From: a virus
Virus record (IMG/VR): IMGVR_UViG_3300025162_000081
Coordinates: 1-43,605 of that record
Reading direction: 5' to 3' (one strand)
Length of the DNA: 43,605 nt
Shown: in pieces, positions 8,413-16,358 of the stretch
Position numbering within the stretch: the first letter of the stretch is position 1
How the letters are laid out: each line of letters starts with the position of its first letter
Position numbers and translations under genes: made by a program
The notes under the pieces: generated by a model
Seen by the model: only the letters and a program-made list of their open reading frames with translations
What the model was told of the DNA's origin: nothing
Databases searched by the model: none

Positions 8413-8634
8413 ATGAGCAAAACAACAAAAAATGGAAGTAGTTTATCAGTAACTATATTTCTTATATTTTTAATCTTAAAACTTACTGGTACAATAACTT
8501 GGTCATGGTTGTGGGTGACTAGTCCATTATGGTTAGGCGTTGCACTATTTTTTGTAGGTGCATTTTTAATGTTACTATTTACTACTATAATAGTAGTATT
8601 AGGCACAATATTTGGAAGTAAAAATAATTTTTAA
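8413..8634 (+). CDS. small membrane protein (2 TM)
   Basis: Hydrophobic segments LSVTIFLIFLILKL and LGVALFFVGAFLMLLFTTIIVVLG. Confidence 0.45.
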   Translation: MSKTTKNGSSLSVTIFLIFLILKLTGTITWSWLWVTSPLWLGVALFFVGAFLMLLFTTIIVVLGTIFGSKNNF

Positions 8635-8636
8635 TT

Positions 8637-8894
8637 ATGAAACAAGACGTTTATCCTGAGATTAACCTTTCTCAAAGAATCATTTATGCTCTTAATGAAA
8701 CTTATCAACAAGGTGAAAAAGTTTATTATGATAATGGCTCAATTAGTGGATTTGGCACTGTATGTGGGCAATCATCTAATCCAGTTATATTTGTTGGTGC
8801 AACATATATTATTAGACCTGATGTTCCATTTGATCCTGCTGTGTATAATTTTACACATTTTGCCATACAACAACTTTATATGAAAAAACTTTAA
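8637..8894 (+). CDS. hypothetical protein
   Basis: 85-aa ORF following in the same operon-like block. Confidence 0.4.
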   Translation: MKQDVYPEINLSQRIIYALNETYQQGEKVYYDNGSISGFGTVCGQSSNPVIFVGATYIIRPDVPFDPAVYNFTHFAIQQLYMKKL

Positions 8895-8924
8895 AATTAA
8901 TTTGTTTATTCAAAAATTTAGTTT

Positions 8925-8932
8925 TACTTTTG
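8925..8932 (+). promoter_or_regulatory. -7 promoter box TACTTTTG (extended ..TTTGTAC)
   Basis: 25 nt upstream of a 36-aa ORF (ATG 8958). Confidence 0.3.
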
Positions 8933-9101
8933 TACAGTAAACTTAAAACAAACAATTATGAAACGCATTGGTAATAAATTAGTAGTTTTTGACGCAGGAG
9001 AATACACAGTAATTGGTACTTTCAAAAAGGACTCTAATGGACAAGAATACGTAGAGTATTCTATCTAAGATTTTCCGTTGACTTACGAAATCAACACCTC
9101 C

Positions 9102-9141
9102 AGACCCTTTCACAATTTGCAGAGTGAAAGGGTCTTTTCTT
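9102..9141. terminator. intrinsic terminator (12-bp stem AGACCCTTTCAC / GTGAAAGGGTCT + T-tract), bidirectional position
   Basis: Perfect 12-bp inverted repeat followed by TTTTCTT. Sits between the + block ending about 9068 and the minus gene ending 9143. Confidence 0.6.
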
Positions 9142-9142
9142 G

Positions 9143-9430
9143 TTATAAACTATTATGAATTGTATTTAACATTTCAATAGCGTCTTCAATATTATCAGAT
9201 TGATACAGAATATTTGGTTTATATAAACTATCAGTCATATCATCGTCACCAATTATAAGGGTATTGTTAAAGTAATATCTAATTACGATAGTGTTTATAT
9301 AATCAACTTCAGTATTAATGACTTTGTGTAATTCGATATACTTAAAATTATTACAATTTCTAACTATATTTTTAACAATAATATAATCATCAACTTCATT
9401 GATAACTGTTTGTTCAAATTTATGTTTCAT
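9143..9430 (-). CDS. hypothetical protein
   Basis: 95-aa ORF. Start abuts the upstream gene stop. Confidence 0.4.
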   Translation of the reverse strand: MKHKFEQTVINEVDDYIIVKNIVRNCNNFKYIELHKVINTEVDYINTIVIRYYFNNTLIIGDDDMTDSLYKPNILYQSDNIEDAIEMLNTIHNSL

Positions 9431-9678
9431 TAAATTTTTAGTGAATTATATGTTTGAATCTCTTCTATTGTCAATAATCTAATTATTTCATTTTCACTTA
9501 TCCACAAGGATCTAAGACCAATTGTTGAACACAAATATTGATTTGTTACATCTATATCTACTATTTTACAATAATACGACTCAATTGTTGTATAATCTTG
9601 TGGATAATAAATTAAAACATAATCATTTACAACATATAAAAGGCTGGGGTTAAAATAGTCTTCATGAATTTTTTCCAT
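9430..9678 (-). CDS. hypothetical protein
   Basis: 82-aa ORF. Confidence 0.4.
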   Translation of the reverse strand: MEKIHEDYFNPSLLYVVNDYVLIYYPQDYTTIESYYCKIVDIDVTNQYLCSTIGLRSLWISENEIIRLLTIEEIQTYNSLKI

Positions 9679-9715
9679 ATATTATATATTATTTTTTTAA
9701 TTGAAGTATTTTTCA

Positions 9716-9723
9716 TATCTTTG
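9716..9723 (+). promoter_or_regulatory. -7 promoter box TATCTTTG
   Basis: 23 nt upstream of ATG 9746. Same 'TATCTTTGT' as at 42032 and 42795. Confidence 0.35.
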
Positions 9724-9745
9724 TTCCTTATTAAATAAAAAGGCA

Positions 9746-10006
9746 ATGGACAATACAACTAAATGGTATAATTCAAATTATGATTGTTACGGTAATCCAC
9801 TAGGATATATTCAAGATGATATTCAAATAGGGGACACAGTTGAATATGCTTATGCAGATAACCATATGTCTGATGAAAGTGGTAGACCAAAAAGTAAAAG
9901 AGTAACTGTTAAAGTACAAGGTGTATGGGATGGTGAAAAGGCTTGTTTTAATGACAAAAAAAACGTTGTAGTAAGAGCTAAAGCCTGGTTAAAACTTGTT
10001 AAATAA
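9746..10006 (+). CDS. hypothetical protein
   Basis: ORF-track 9701 start is TTG. First ATG 9746 (MDNTTKWYNS..). Confidence 0.4.
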   Translation: MDNTTKWYNSNYDCYGNPLGYIQDDIQIGDTVEYAYADNHMSDESGRPKSKRVTVKVQGVWDGEKACFNDKKNVVVRAKAWLKLVK

Positions 10007-10455
10007 TGGAAAAGGAAATTAAAAGGCTTGAGGAACAGATTGCTAAATGTGATGTTAAATTATCAAATAGTTCTTTTGTTGATAAAGCACCAAAAGATAT
10101 TATTTTAAAAGAACAACAAAAAAAGAAAGACTTTACAGCACAATTAGAAATTATAAGAAAACAATTAGAAAATTCTAAATCAGTTAGTAAAGATTACTAT
10201 GACGATGAAATTTGTCAATTCACAGTTGGCACAACTGTTTCCTATTTTAAGATACCAAGAACAGAAAGAAAAAAAGAATTTCTAATTTCTAAATTAGATA
10301 GTGTAGAAAAAATAAATTGGCATATTCAATATTTACGTGAACAAAAGACTAATATTGAAATATACAGTGAAGAATGGTATAACTTTATTTATAATGAGGA
10401 AATCACATCTAATGAAATAAATGAATTATTTGAAATTTTTAGGAAATTTGTATGA
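10006..10455 (+). CDS. hypothetical coiled-coil protein
   Basis: 149 aa. ATGG/TAATG-type coupling to neighbours. Confidence 0.45.
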   Translation: MEKEIKRLEEQIAKCDVKLSNSSFVDKAPKDIILKEQQKKKDFTAQLEIIRKQLENSKSVSKDYYDDEICQFTVGTTVSYFKIPRTERKKEFLISKLDSVEKINWHIQYLREQKTNIEIYSEEWYNFIYNEEITSNEINELFEIFRKFV

Positions 10456-10853
10456 AAGATATTCTGAGAAAAATAATATATGGTGCAGAAATAACAATTG
10501 TAAATGACACTGATGCATATTTGAATAAATATAGAAATGCTTCTCAAAAAATTGATATTTCTTATGCTAATATTCTACTATTCTTAAAAATAATAGGCTT
10601 TGATAGTGGAAATTTTGAAACTGGTGAAAGACATTATAGATTAGAAGAACCATTTTATTCTGTTAAAGATAAAATTAAAACTATTCATCTTGGAAAAATT
10701 GGAGAATGTATTGAAAGTCATAAACCAGCATACTATGTTACATATCCAGTATTTAAAGAATTAGAAAAAGCATATAATGATTTGAGAAATCAATTATTAC
10801 GAAAAGAAAAATTAAAAAAAATAGAAAATTATGGGAGTAATGAGTTGCTATAG
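10452..10853 (+). CDS. hypothetical protein ending ..LLRKEKLKKIENYGSNELL (variant of the shared tail)
   Basis: 133 aa. Confidence 0.45.
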   Translation: MKDILRKIIYGAEITIVNDTDAYLNKYRNASQKIDISYANILLFLKIIGFDSGNFETGERHYRLEEPFYSVKDKIKTIHLGKIGECIESHKPAYYVTYPVFKELEKAYNDLRNQLLRKEKLKKIENYGSNELL

Positions 10854-11088
10854 AAATAATTGTGAAAATATAATGTGTGATATATATGTTAATGGTATTG
10901 GTTATGTTTGTTACGAATGTCAGAGTGAGTTTAAAGAATATTTAGCATCAAACGGAATTGTAGTAGAAACAGAAGGAGAAATAAAAAGAGAGTTACAAAA
11001 ATTTATGGAGTCTGAAAAAGATGCATACACAAAAGGAAAAAATATGAGTGTTGACGAATTTTTTAATGAATATAGAAAAGATTATTGA
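10831..11088 (+). CDS. small Cys-rich (probable zinc-binding) protein
   Basis: CYRNNCENIMC .. CYECQ pattern in the first 40 aa. Confidence 0.4.
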   Translation: MGVMSCYRNNCENIMCDIYVNGIGYVCYECQSEFKEYLASNGIVVETEGEIKRELQKFMESEKDAYTKGKNMSVDEFFNEYRKDY

Positions 11089-11240
11089 TATGATATTAGT
11101 AATTTTAATTATAATAGTATTTATTGATATGAATATCATTAATATGATAAGATTTTTTGTTTCAAAAAAATACTTTGATACATTTTTTATCACTCAAAAA
11201 CAATTAAGAAAACTTAAATTAATTAAAATACAAAAAAATA

Positions 11241-11474
11241 GTGAAAACTTGTAAAAAGATTTCAACTGGAGAGATATTTGAATATGAACAATGTGTTTCT
11301 TATCCTGTATTTGATAGAACTCGAAATAACGGCACAATATATTTTGAATTAATTTCAAAAGGTAAGTTTGTTCTGGGTAAGTATATTGGTGAGGACGAAT
11401 TTTATGATGAATATATTGATATTAAAAAAGAAAGAAGACTTAAATTAGAAAAATTAAATCAAATTCTCCAATAA
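11241..11474 (+). CDS. hypothetical protein (GTG start) ending ..KKERRLKLEKLNQILQ (tail variant)
   Basis: No ATG start; weak. Confidence 0.25.
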   Translation: MKTCKKISTGEIFEYEQCVSYPVFDRTRNNGTIYFELISKGKFVLGKYIGEDEFYDEYIDIKKERRLKLEKLNQILQ

Positions 11475-12397
11475 AACCCTTTATATTTAGTATTTTTTGC
11501 TATCGCCTTTCTTAAGTTTTGAATACATATTTCATTATAATTTTTTATTTCCTTAATATTATTCCAAATCCTAACTATACTTCCTTTTTCGTCTATTTGT
11601 TTAATGTTAGTATATTCTCTCGTATTTAAATTTAATTTTTTAATATTATTCTCAATTTCGGCTTTTTCTAAAAAGTTTAATGAATAATAATAATTTTTAG
11701 CATGCCTACATCTATCTTGTAAAACGAAACTTATAGAACGTGGATTAACATTCATTTCTCTTGAGCATTCTTTTATACTGTTAAATTTTTTTATATAATT
11801 TCCAAACATATCATATTGATATATCTCTATGTTTGTACATTTATTTTTATTATCTCTTATTGGTATATTATTTTCTTTTAATATTTTAGTAATAGTTTCT
11901 CTATCAATTTTTAATTCTATTGATATTTTTTTAATTGATAATTTATTAAAATATAATTCTTTAACTACATCAAGATATTTGCTCCTTTTTAATTTGTATG
12001 CTTTTGATACATTATTTCTATGTTCGTTTGTCCATTTCAATTCTAAATTTGTTGCCGCAAATGCTCTAGAATTATATCCATTTTTATAAGAGTTATATTC
12101 ATCAATATAATACTGTTCTCTTTTTATGCAACTATCACGATCACACTCTTCAATTATTTCAAATATTATATTATCAATTCCATACTTATTGACCGCATTT
12201 TGTAAAGAAGGTGAGTTAGATATATTTTTTGATAGTTTTAAAATATGACTGAGCCATCTTTTATGAAACCCATTTTTATTAGAAGTACTACCAATATAAA
12301 CTTTACCATTATTGTTAATAAAACTTATCTTATATACACCAATACTTTTAGGGAATATTTTTTTATCATTTATCGTATATTTCATTTTATATTTCAT
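11459..12397 (-). CDS. GIY-YIG homing endonuclease with NUMOD1-type C-terminal DNA-binding modules
   Basis: N-terminus IGVYKISFINNNGKVYIGSTSN....R...H is the GIY-YIG motif. C-terminal ..KGFYWRI helix module. Confidence 0.8.
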   Translation of the reverse strand: MKYKMKYTINDKKIFPKSIGVYKISFINNNGKVYIGSTSNKNGFHKRWLSHILKLSKNISNSPSLQNAVNKYGIDNIIFEIIEECDRDSCIKREQYYIDEYNSYKNGYNSRAFAATNLELKWTNEHRNNVSKAYKLKRSKYLDVVKELYFNKLSIKKISIELKIDRETITKILKENNIPIRDNKNKCTNIEIYQYDMFGNYIKKFNSIKECSREMNVNPRSISFVLQDRCRHAKNYYYSLNFLEKAEIENNIKKLNLNTREYTNIKQIDEKGSIVRIWNNIKEIKNYNEICIQNLRKAIAKNTKYKGFYWRI

Positions 12398-12399
12398 TT

Positions 12400-12570
12400 T
12401 TATAAAATAACATTATCTGTATTTATATTATTGTTATGAAGATATTCTAATATTATATATTCTATCAATCGGCTTTTATTTGTAGATAATTCATCAATTC
12501 TTTTTAAAATTTCACGATTTATAGTGATATTTATTTTTCTTTTCAGTTTTTTATTTGTAATATTGTCCAT
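12400..12570 (-). CDS. ribbon-helix-helix (CopG/Arc-like) small protein, 56 aa, directly upstream of the GIY-YIG gene
   Basis: Own translation: MDNITNKKLKRKINITINREILKRIDELSTNKSRLIEYIILEYLHNNNINTDNVIL. Beta-strand INITINREIL then two helices, the typical RHH layout. Stop is 2 nt before the endonuclease ATG. Below the ORF-track size cut-off. Confidence 0.45.
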   Translation of the reverse strand: MDNITNKKLKRKINITINREILKRIDELSTNKSRLIEYIILEYLHNNNINTDNVIL

Positions 12571-12640
12571 AATTAAAATGTTTTTATTTATATATAAATA
12601 TTTAAAAATGAAAAAGTGTGATTTCTATACACATTTTATA

Positions 12641-12670
12641 AAATTAACATAAATTAACATAAATTAACAA
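12641..12670 (+). repeat. 3 perfect tandem 10-bp repeats AAATTAACAT / AAATTAACAT / AAATTAACAA ending 8 nt before the ATG of the RHH gene (candidate operator)
   Basis: Exact 10-bp phasing (one helical turn). A related TTAACATTA x3 set is at 18315..18344. Confidence 0.6.
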
Positions 12671-12677
12671 TAAGAAT

Positions 12678-12848
12678 ATGCCTAGAAAAAAAATGCCAGA
12701 CGAAGAAAAAAAAACAAGATTAACATTAAAAATAAATGATAATCTACTTCATAAATTTGATAGCCTATTAAAATTAGATGATAAAAAAAGATCAACTAAA
12801 ATTGAAGAATTATTACAAGAATATATTAATAAAAGAAATAATGACTGA
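12678..12848 (+). CDS. ribbon-helix-helix small protein, 56 aa (candidate antitoxin or repressor)
   Basis: Own translation: MPRKKMPDEEKKTRLTLKINDNLLHKFDSLLKLDDKKRSTKIEELLQEYINKRNND. Stop TGA overlaps the ATG of the next gene (ATGACTGA). Confidence 0.5.
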   Translation: MPRKKMPDEEKKTRLTLKINDNLLHKFDSLLKLDDKKRSTKIEELLQEYINKRNND

Positions 12849-13452
12849 AGCAGAGAAAATATGTGATGAATTAAATATAGATTACTCTAAAGTTTTGAAC
12901 ATCTACATGTATGGTTCGAAAATTTACGGTACTAATGATGAGTTTTCTGATAGTGATTATATCATTGTTTTTAAATCGTCGTTGCTTCCAAGCGGCGCAT
13001 TTAGAGATAATGCTATTTCATCTGTGGATTATAGCACGCAAGCCGTTTGTTATTCAAGATCAGGCTTCATTGATGCAATAAACAACTACGAAATTGGTGC
13101 TTTAGAATGTATTTTCTTACCAGAAGATAAGATAGTTCAGAAGAAAATGAACTTTGGTATTACAAAATACAACGACAAAGAATTATCAAAAAAAATTATT
13201 CAAAAGGCATCTGCAAGTTGGCACTTTGCAACTTTAGCACACAAAGATGATAATATGGAATCTTGTGCTAAGAATGTTTTTCATGCTTTGAGAATTTTAG
13301 ATTTTGGTATTCAAGTTAAAAGAAACAAAACAATTGTCGATTATTCAAGTATGAATAAAATACAGGCTGAAATAATGAACAACTTTAATTATTTTAATCC
13401 ATATGATTATTATGATATGTTTATAAATTTAAGTGAGGAAATTAAGAAATGA
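12841..13452 (+). CDS. minimal nucleotidyltransferase (Pol-beta superfamily) with helical C-terminal domain
   Basis: hG[GS]x9-13DxD motif: YMYGSKIYGTNDEFSDSDYIIVF. I prefer the 12841 start (MTEAEK..), coupled to the RHH stop, over the track's 12778 start, which would overlap the RHH ORF. Confidence 0.55.
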   Translation: MTEAEKICDELNIDYSKVLNIYMYGSKIYGTNDEFSDSDYIIVFKSSLLPSGAFRDNAISSVDYSTQAVCYSRSGFIDAINNYEIGALECIFLPEDKIVQKKMNFGITKYNDKELSKKIIQKASASWHFATLAHKDDNMESCAKNVFHALRILDFGIQVKRNKTIVDYSSMNKIQAEIMNNFNYFNPYDYYDMFINLSEEIKK

Positions 13453-13649
13453 TAACACTATTTATTAATATTAAAAATATATTTAAGTATGCTAAAAAAG
13501 AATTAGTGTACACTTGGATATTCTTTTTATTTTTGGGATTAGCAAGTAAATCACCACACAATTTTTTTGAAAATGTAATACTAAGTGGACTAATGACAAT
13601 TTGTATGGTGATAATAGCAGGAATAATGAAAACTCTTAAATTATTATGA
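13449..13649 (+). CDS. small membrane protein
   Basis: Hydrophobic WIFFLFLGL.. and LSGLMTICMVIIAGIM. Confidence 0.35.
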   Translation: MITLFINIKNIFKYAKKELVYTWIFFLFLGLASKSPHNFFENVILSGLMTICMVIIAGIMKTLKLL

Positions 13650-14257
13650 AACCAATAATTTCACCAGTAATTCATATGTTAAATATGAATCAAGTCAGAG
13701 ATAATATTAATACTTGTTTAAGTGTTGGTATTGATCATGTTTTTATTATTAATCATGTTACAGGAGTCCCAGAATTGATTACTTGTACATTAAAAATGAG
13801 GGAAGAATTTCCTGATCTTTGGATAGGAATGAATGCGCTTGGTTATTATCCTTGGCAAGCACTTAATTTTGATTTAGATATTAATGCGCTTTGGATTGAT
13901 GAAACAATAACTACGGAAGAAAGAAATTTCAAAGGACTTGTTTTTGGTGGGCTTGCATTCAAATATCAAAAACAACCAAGTGATATAGAATTAGCTTGTA
14001 AAGATGCAATTAAATTTACTAATGTGGCTTGTACAAGTGGGCCTGGCACTGGAAAAGCACCAGCTATTGAAAAAATAAAAACATTAAGACATTATCTTGG
14101 TGATCACCCATTAGCTATTGCTTCAGGTGTTTCAGTTGATAATGTTCATTTGTATTCAGAATATGTTGATTATTTGATGGTTGCATCTAGCATAACAGAT
14201 AAAAATGAAATGATTAATAAAGATAAATTATATCACTTGTATGAAAGAATTATGTGA
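13646..14257 (+). CDS. predicted TIM-barrel protein, BtpA/SgcQ-family-like
   Basis: N-terminus KPIISPVIHML resembles BtpA KPIIGMLHL. G-rich phosphate-binding-like TSGPGTGKAP and ASGVSVDNV near the C-terminus. Assignment tentative. Confidence 0.35.
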   Translation: MKPIISPVIHMLNMNQVRDNINTCLSVGIDHVFIINHVTGVPELITCTLKMREEFPDLWIGMNALGYYPWQALNFDLDINALWIDETITTEERNFKGLVFGGLAFKYQKQPSDIELACKDAIKFTNVACTSGPGTGKAPAIEKIKTLRHYLGDHPLAIASGVSVDNVHLYSEYVDYLMVASSITDKNEMINKDKLYHLYERIM

Positions 14258-14501
14258 TTGTGGTAAAATTGCAATTTGGTTTTATGCGCCAGTAACTGAT
14301 ATTAAGAGAAATCCTTACTATTGTGATGGTTGTGTGCCAAGAGGTTGCTCTTGTAATCATTATCATGTAGATGAAAATGTACATTCTGAAGAAGATCAAC
14401 CTATAAAATGGATAGAAGAAGATAAAGTTTGGTGTAGTGTTGATGAACAAGGTAGAGAATATCCTTGTTGTGAATATTGGTATGATGAATATGGATGGTA
14501 A
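14241..14501 (+). CDS. Cys-rich small protein (CDCG .. CDGC .. CSC .. CC)
   Basis: 86 aa with at least 9 Cys in paired motifs. Confidence 0.4.
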   Translation: MKELCDCGKIAIWFYAPVTDIKRNPYYCDGCVPRGCSCNHYHVDENVHSEEDQPIKWIEEDKVWCSVDEQGREYPCCEYWYDEYGW

Positions 14502-14549
14502 GTTGAAGAATAAAAAAAGCCTCAAAGATGGATGGGAAGTTGAAGAATA

Positions 14550-14584
14550 AAAAAAGCCTCAAATTTTGAGGCTTTTTTTATTTG
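14550..14584. terminator. bidirectional intrinsic terminator AAAAAAGCCTCAAA-TT-TTGAGGCTTTTTTTA between convergent genes
   Basis: Perfect stem with A-tract and T-tract. The 26-bp unit AGTTGAAGAATAAAAAAAGCCTCAAA is duplicated directly upstream (about 14497..14522). Confidence 0.65.
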
Positions 14585-15003
14585 TTATCTCTATTTTTAC
14601 CTAGATGATATCCATCACAGTAAATACATTTATACACTGAAAAATGTTTATCCATTTTTTTCGCCATACTATCTGCAGCTTTCTTTGCTGTTTCCTTAGT
14701 ATTATACATCACCTTTAGTTTACCATCCTCTCTCTGGTGACTTCTAATACTAAATAGACCCATTGCGTTGCCTGTAATAAAAAAGTTCTTAAAGGCTCTC
14801 TTTAATGGTAATTGTTCTTTAAGTCCAAGAAACAAATTTTCAACTTTAATTTTCTTATATTTTAATAATAAGTCAATTGCAATCCACAAAATTGCTAATA
14901 TACTACAAATAGCGCCAAACCACAAATAAAATTGGTGTATATGGTAAATAACTAACCATACACTAAGTAACAATATAAATAACGGATATTTTAATGTTTT
15001 CAT
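14578..15003 (-). CDS. membrane protein with C-terminal Cys motif (..YKCIYCDGYH)
   Basis: Two N-terminal TM segments. Confidence 0.45.
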   Translation of the reverse strand: MKTLKYPLFILLLSVWLVIYHIHQFYLWFGAICSILAILWIAIDLLLKYKKIKVENLFLGLKEQLPLKRAFKNFFITGNAMGLFSIRSHQREDGKLKVMYNTKETAKKAADSMAKKMDKHFSVYKCIYCDGYHLGKNRDNK

Positions 15004-15287
15004 TTTAATAATCTTAATTTTTCTAGTTTTTGTTTTCTGATATTTTGAATTTTTTTCATTTCAAATAATTTGATATCATATTCTGTAAATATGTCTTTAA
15101 TTGATTGTGTTGAGTCTATGTAAGTATATAATAATTTATTTTTTAAAAATATTTGTTTTTTATTTGTGCCTAATTTTTTTAAAATATTTTTAAAGAAATT
15201 GAACCCAAGTAAAAGGTAAAAAATCATAAATATAGAACATATAAATGATATAAAAAATAGTATTATTAATATTAAAACATCTAGCAT
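15000..15287 (-). CDS. small membrane protein ending ..IRKQKLEKLRLLK (tail variant)
   Basis: N-terminal TM. 95 aa. Confidence 0.4.
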   Translation of the reverse strand: MLDVLILIILFFISFICSIFMIFYLLLGFNFFKNILKKLGTNKKQIFLKNKLLYTYIDSTQSIKDIFTEYDIKLFEMKKIQNIRKQKLEKLRLLK

Positions 15288-15326
15288 TGTAATTTAGAAT
15301 TTAATTTTCACAAAGATAATAAAAAA

Positions 15327-15340
15327 TATCATAAGTGATA
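15327..15340. promoter_or_regulatory. operator-like inverted repeat TATCAtaagTGATA (copy 1)
   Basis: In the divergent intergenic region between 15287(-) and 15550(+). Second copy TATCAtaggTGATA at 15388..15401. Both followed by CTTT. Confidence 0.4.
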
Positions 15341-15387
15341 CTTTTTTTAAGTAATTATATAAAAATATTTCACCTAGATAGTAAAAG

Positions 15388-15401
15388 TATCATAGGTGAT
15401 A
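15388..15401. promoter_or_regulatory. operator-like inverted repeat TATCAtaggTGATA (copy 2)
   Basis: 61 bp from copy 1. Confidence 0.4.
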
Positions 15402-15518
15402 CTTTATATTTTGTTTATATATAACTAATTAATATACATATTTGTCCAGTTATTTTTGTTAAAAAGATGACATTTTTATTTTTTTACATCATTCCTTGTT
15501 TATATGAAGTTTTTTTTG

Positions 15519-15526
15519 TACTTTTG
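15519..15526 (+). promoter_or_regulatory. -7 promoter box TACTTTTG(TAC)
   Basis: 24 nt upstream of ATG 15550. Confidence 0.35.
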
Positions 15527-15549
15527 TACCATTAAATAAAAACTATTTT

Positions 15550-15807
15550 ATGGAACTGAAATATCAATTAGACAAAGAGACATTAGATATGTTCTCAGCA
15601 AAAGTAAACAGAAGTAAAAACCAGACTCAATTTTTATTTAACCTAGTTGATGGTGATTTTGAAAAATTGAAACAACTTGAAATGCAATTGTACAATTGCT
15701 TTGTTTGTTCTTGTCCAGGTGATAAAGAAGAAGTTGAAGAAGTTATGAAATTGGTTCCTAAAAAACAACATTTGGTTTTAGAAGAACCAGATTTTTTGAA
15801 TCAGTAA
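15550..15807 (+). CDS. hypothetical protein
   Basis: 85 aa. Confidence 0.45.
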   Translation: MELKYQLDKETLDMFSAKVNRSKNQTQFLFNLVDGDFEKLKQLEMQLYNCFVCSCPGDKEEVEEVMKLVPKKQHLVLEEPDFLNQ

Positions 15808-15823
15808 ATTTATAAAAAGTATA

Positions 15824-16078
15824 ATGAAAGAAAAAATATTATGTGCTGCAGTTAATTTCAATGGAGTTATAATTCCTGGTTTTAGGCATGTGGATTGTTA
15901 TGATGTACTAATAAAATTGGGTATTAAGTATGTTGATGAAGAACAAGGATTTCTAACTTCATATAATAGATTTGTTAGTAGGAGAGAAGCATGGATAATT
16001 GCCAAGAAAAATAACCAAATCAGTCCTGAAATATTGAAACAAGATTATTTAGAATTAATTAGTGAAGATTTATATTAA
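15824..16078 (+). CDS. hypothetical protein
   Basis: 84 aa. Confidence 0.45.
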   Translation: MKEKILCAAVNFNGVIIPGFRHVDCYDVLIKLGIKYVDEEQGFLTSYNRFVSRREAWIIAKKNNQISPEILKQDYLELISEDLY

Positions 16079-16358
16079 AATTATGAAATATTTAACTTTA
16101 GAACATTTAGGTACATTACCTACACCAAGATTACTTACTTACTATAAAATAGTTAGAAGGAAAATTAGAAGGCATCAGAATTCATTATATTGTGAGTGTT
16201 GTGGCACACCTGTTTATCAATTATATGGTAAATTAAATACAAAAGAAGAAAATGAAAAATTGAAACTAGAATTTGAAACTGATCTTCATGATAGTGAAAA
16301 CTATCTTGAATCAATAAAAACATTATTAAACACAAGAGAACACGTAAAACGAAAATGA
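16062..16358 (+). CDS. hypothetical protein (CxxC pair)
   Basis: 98 aa. CECCGTP motif. Confidence 0.4.
   Translation: MKIYIKIMKYLTLEHLGTLPTPRLLTYYKIVRRKIRRHQNSLYCECCGTPVYQLYGKLNTKEENEKLKLEFETDLHDSENYLESIKTLLNTREHVKRK

Noticed and set aside
12778-12840. Track start (12778) for the nucleotidyltransferase
   Set aside because: Using it would overlap most of the convincing RHH ORF in another frame. The ATG at 12841 is exactly coupled to the RHH stop.
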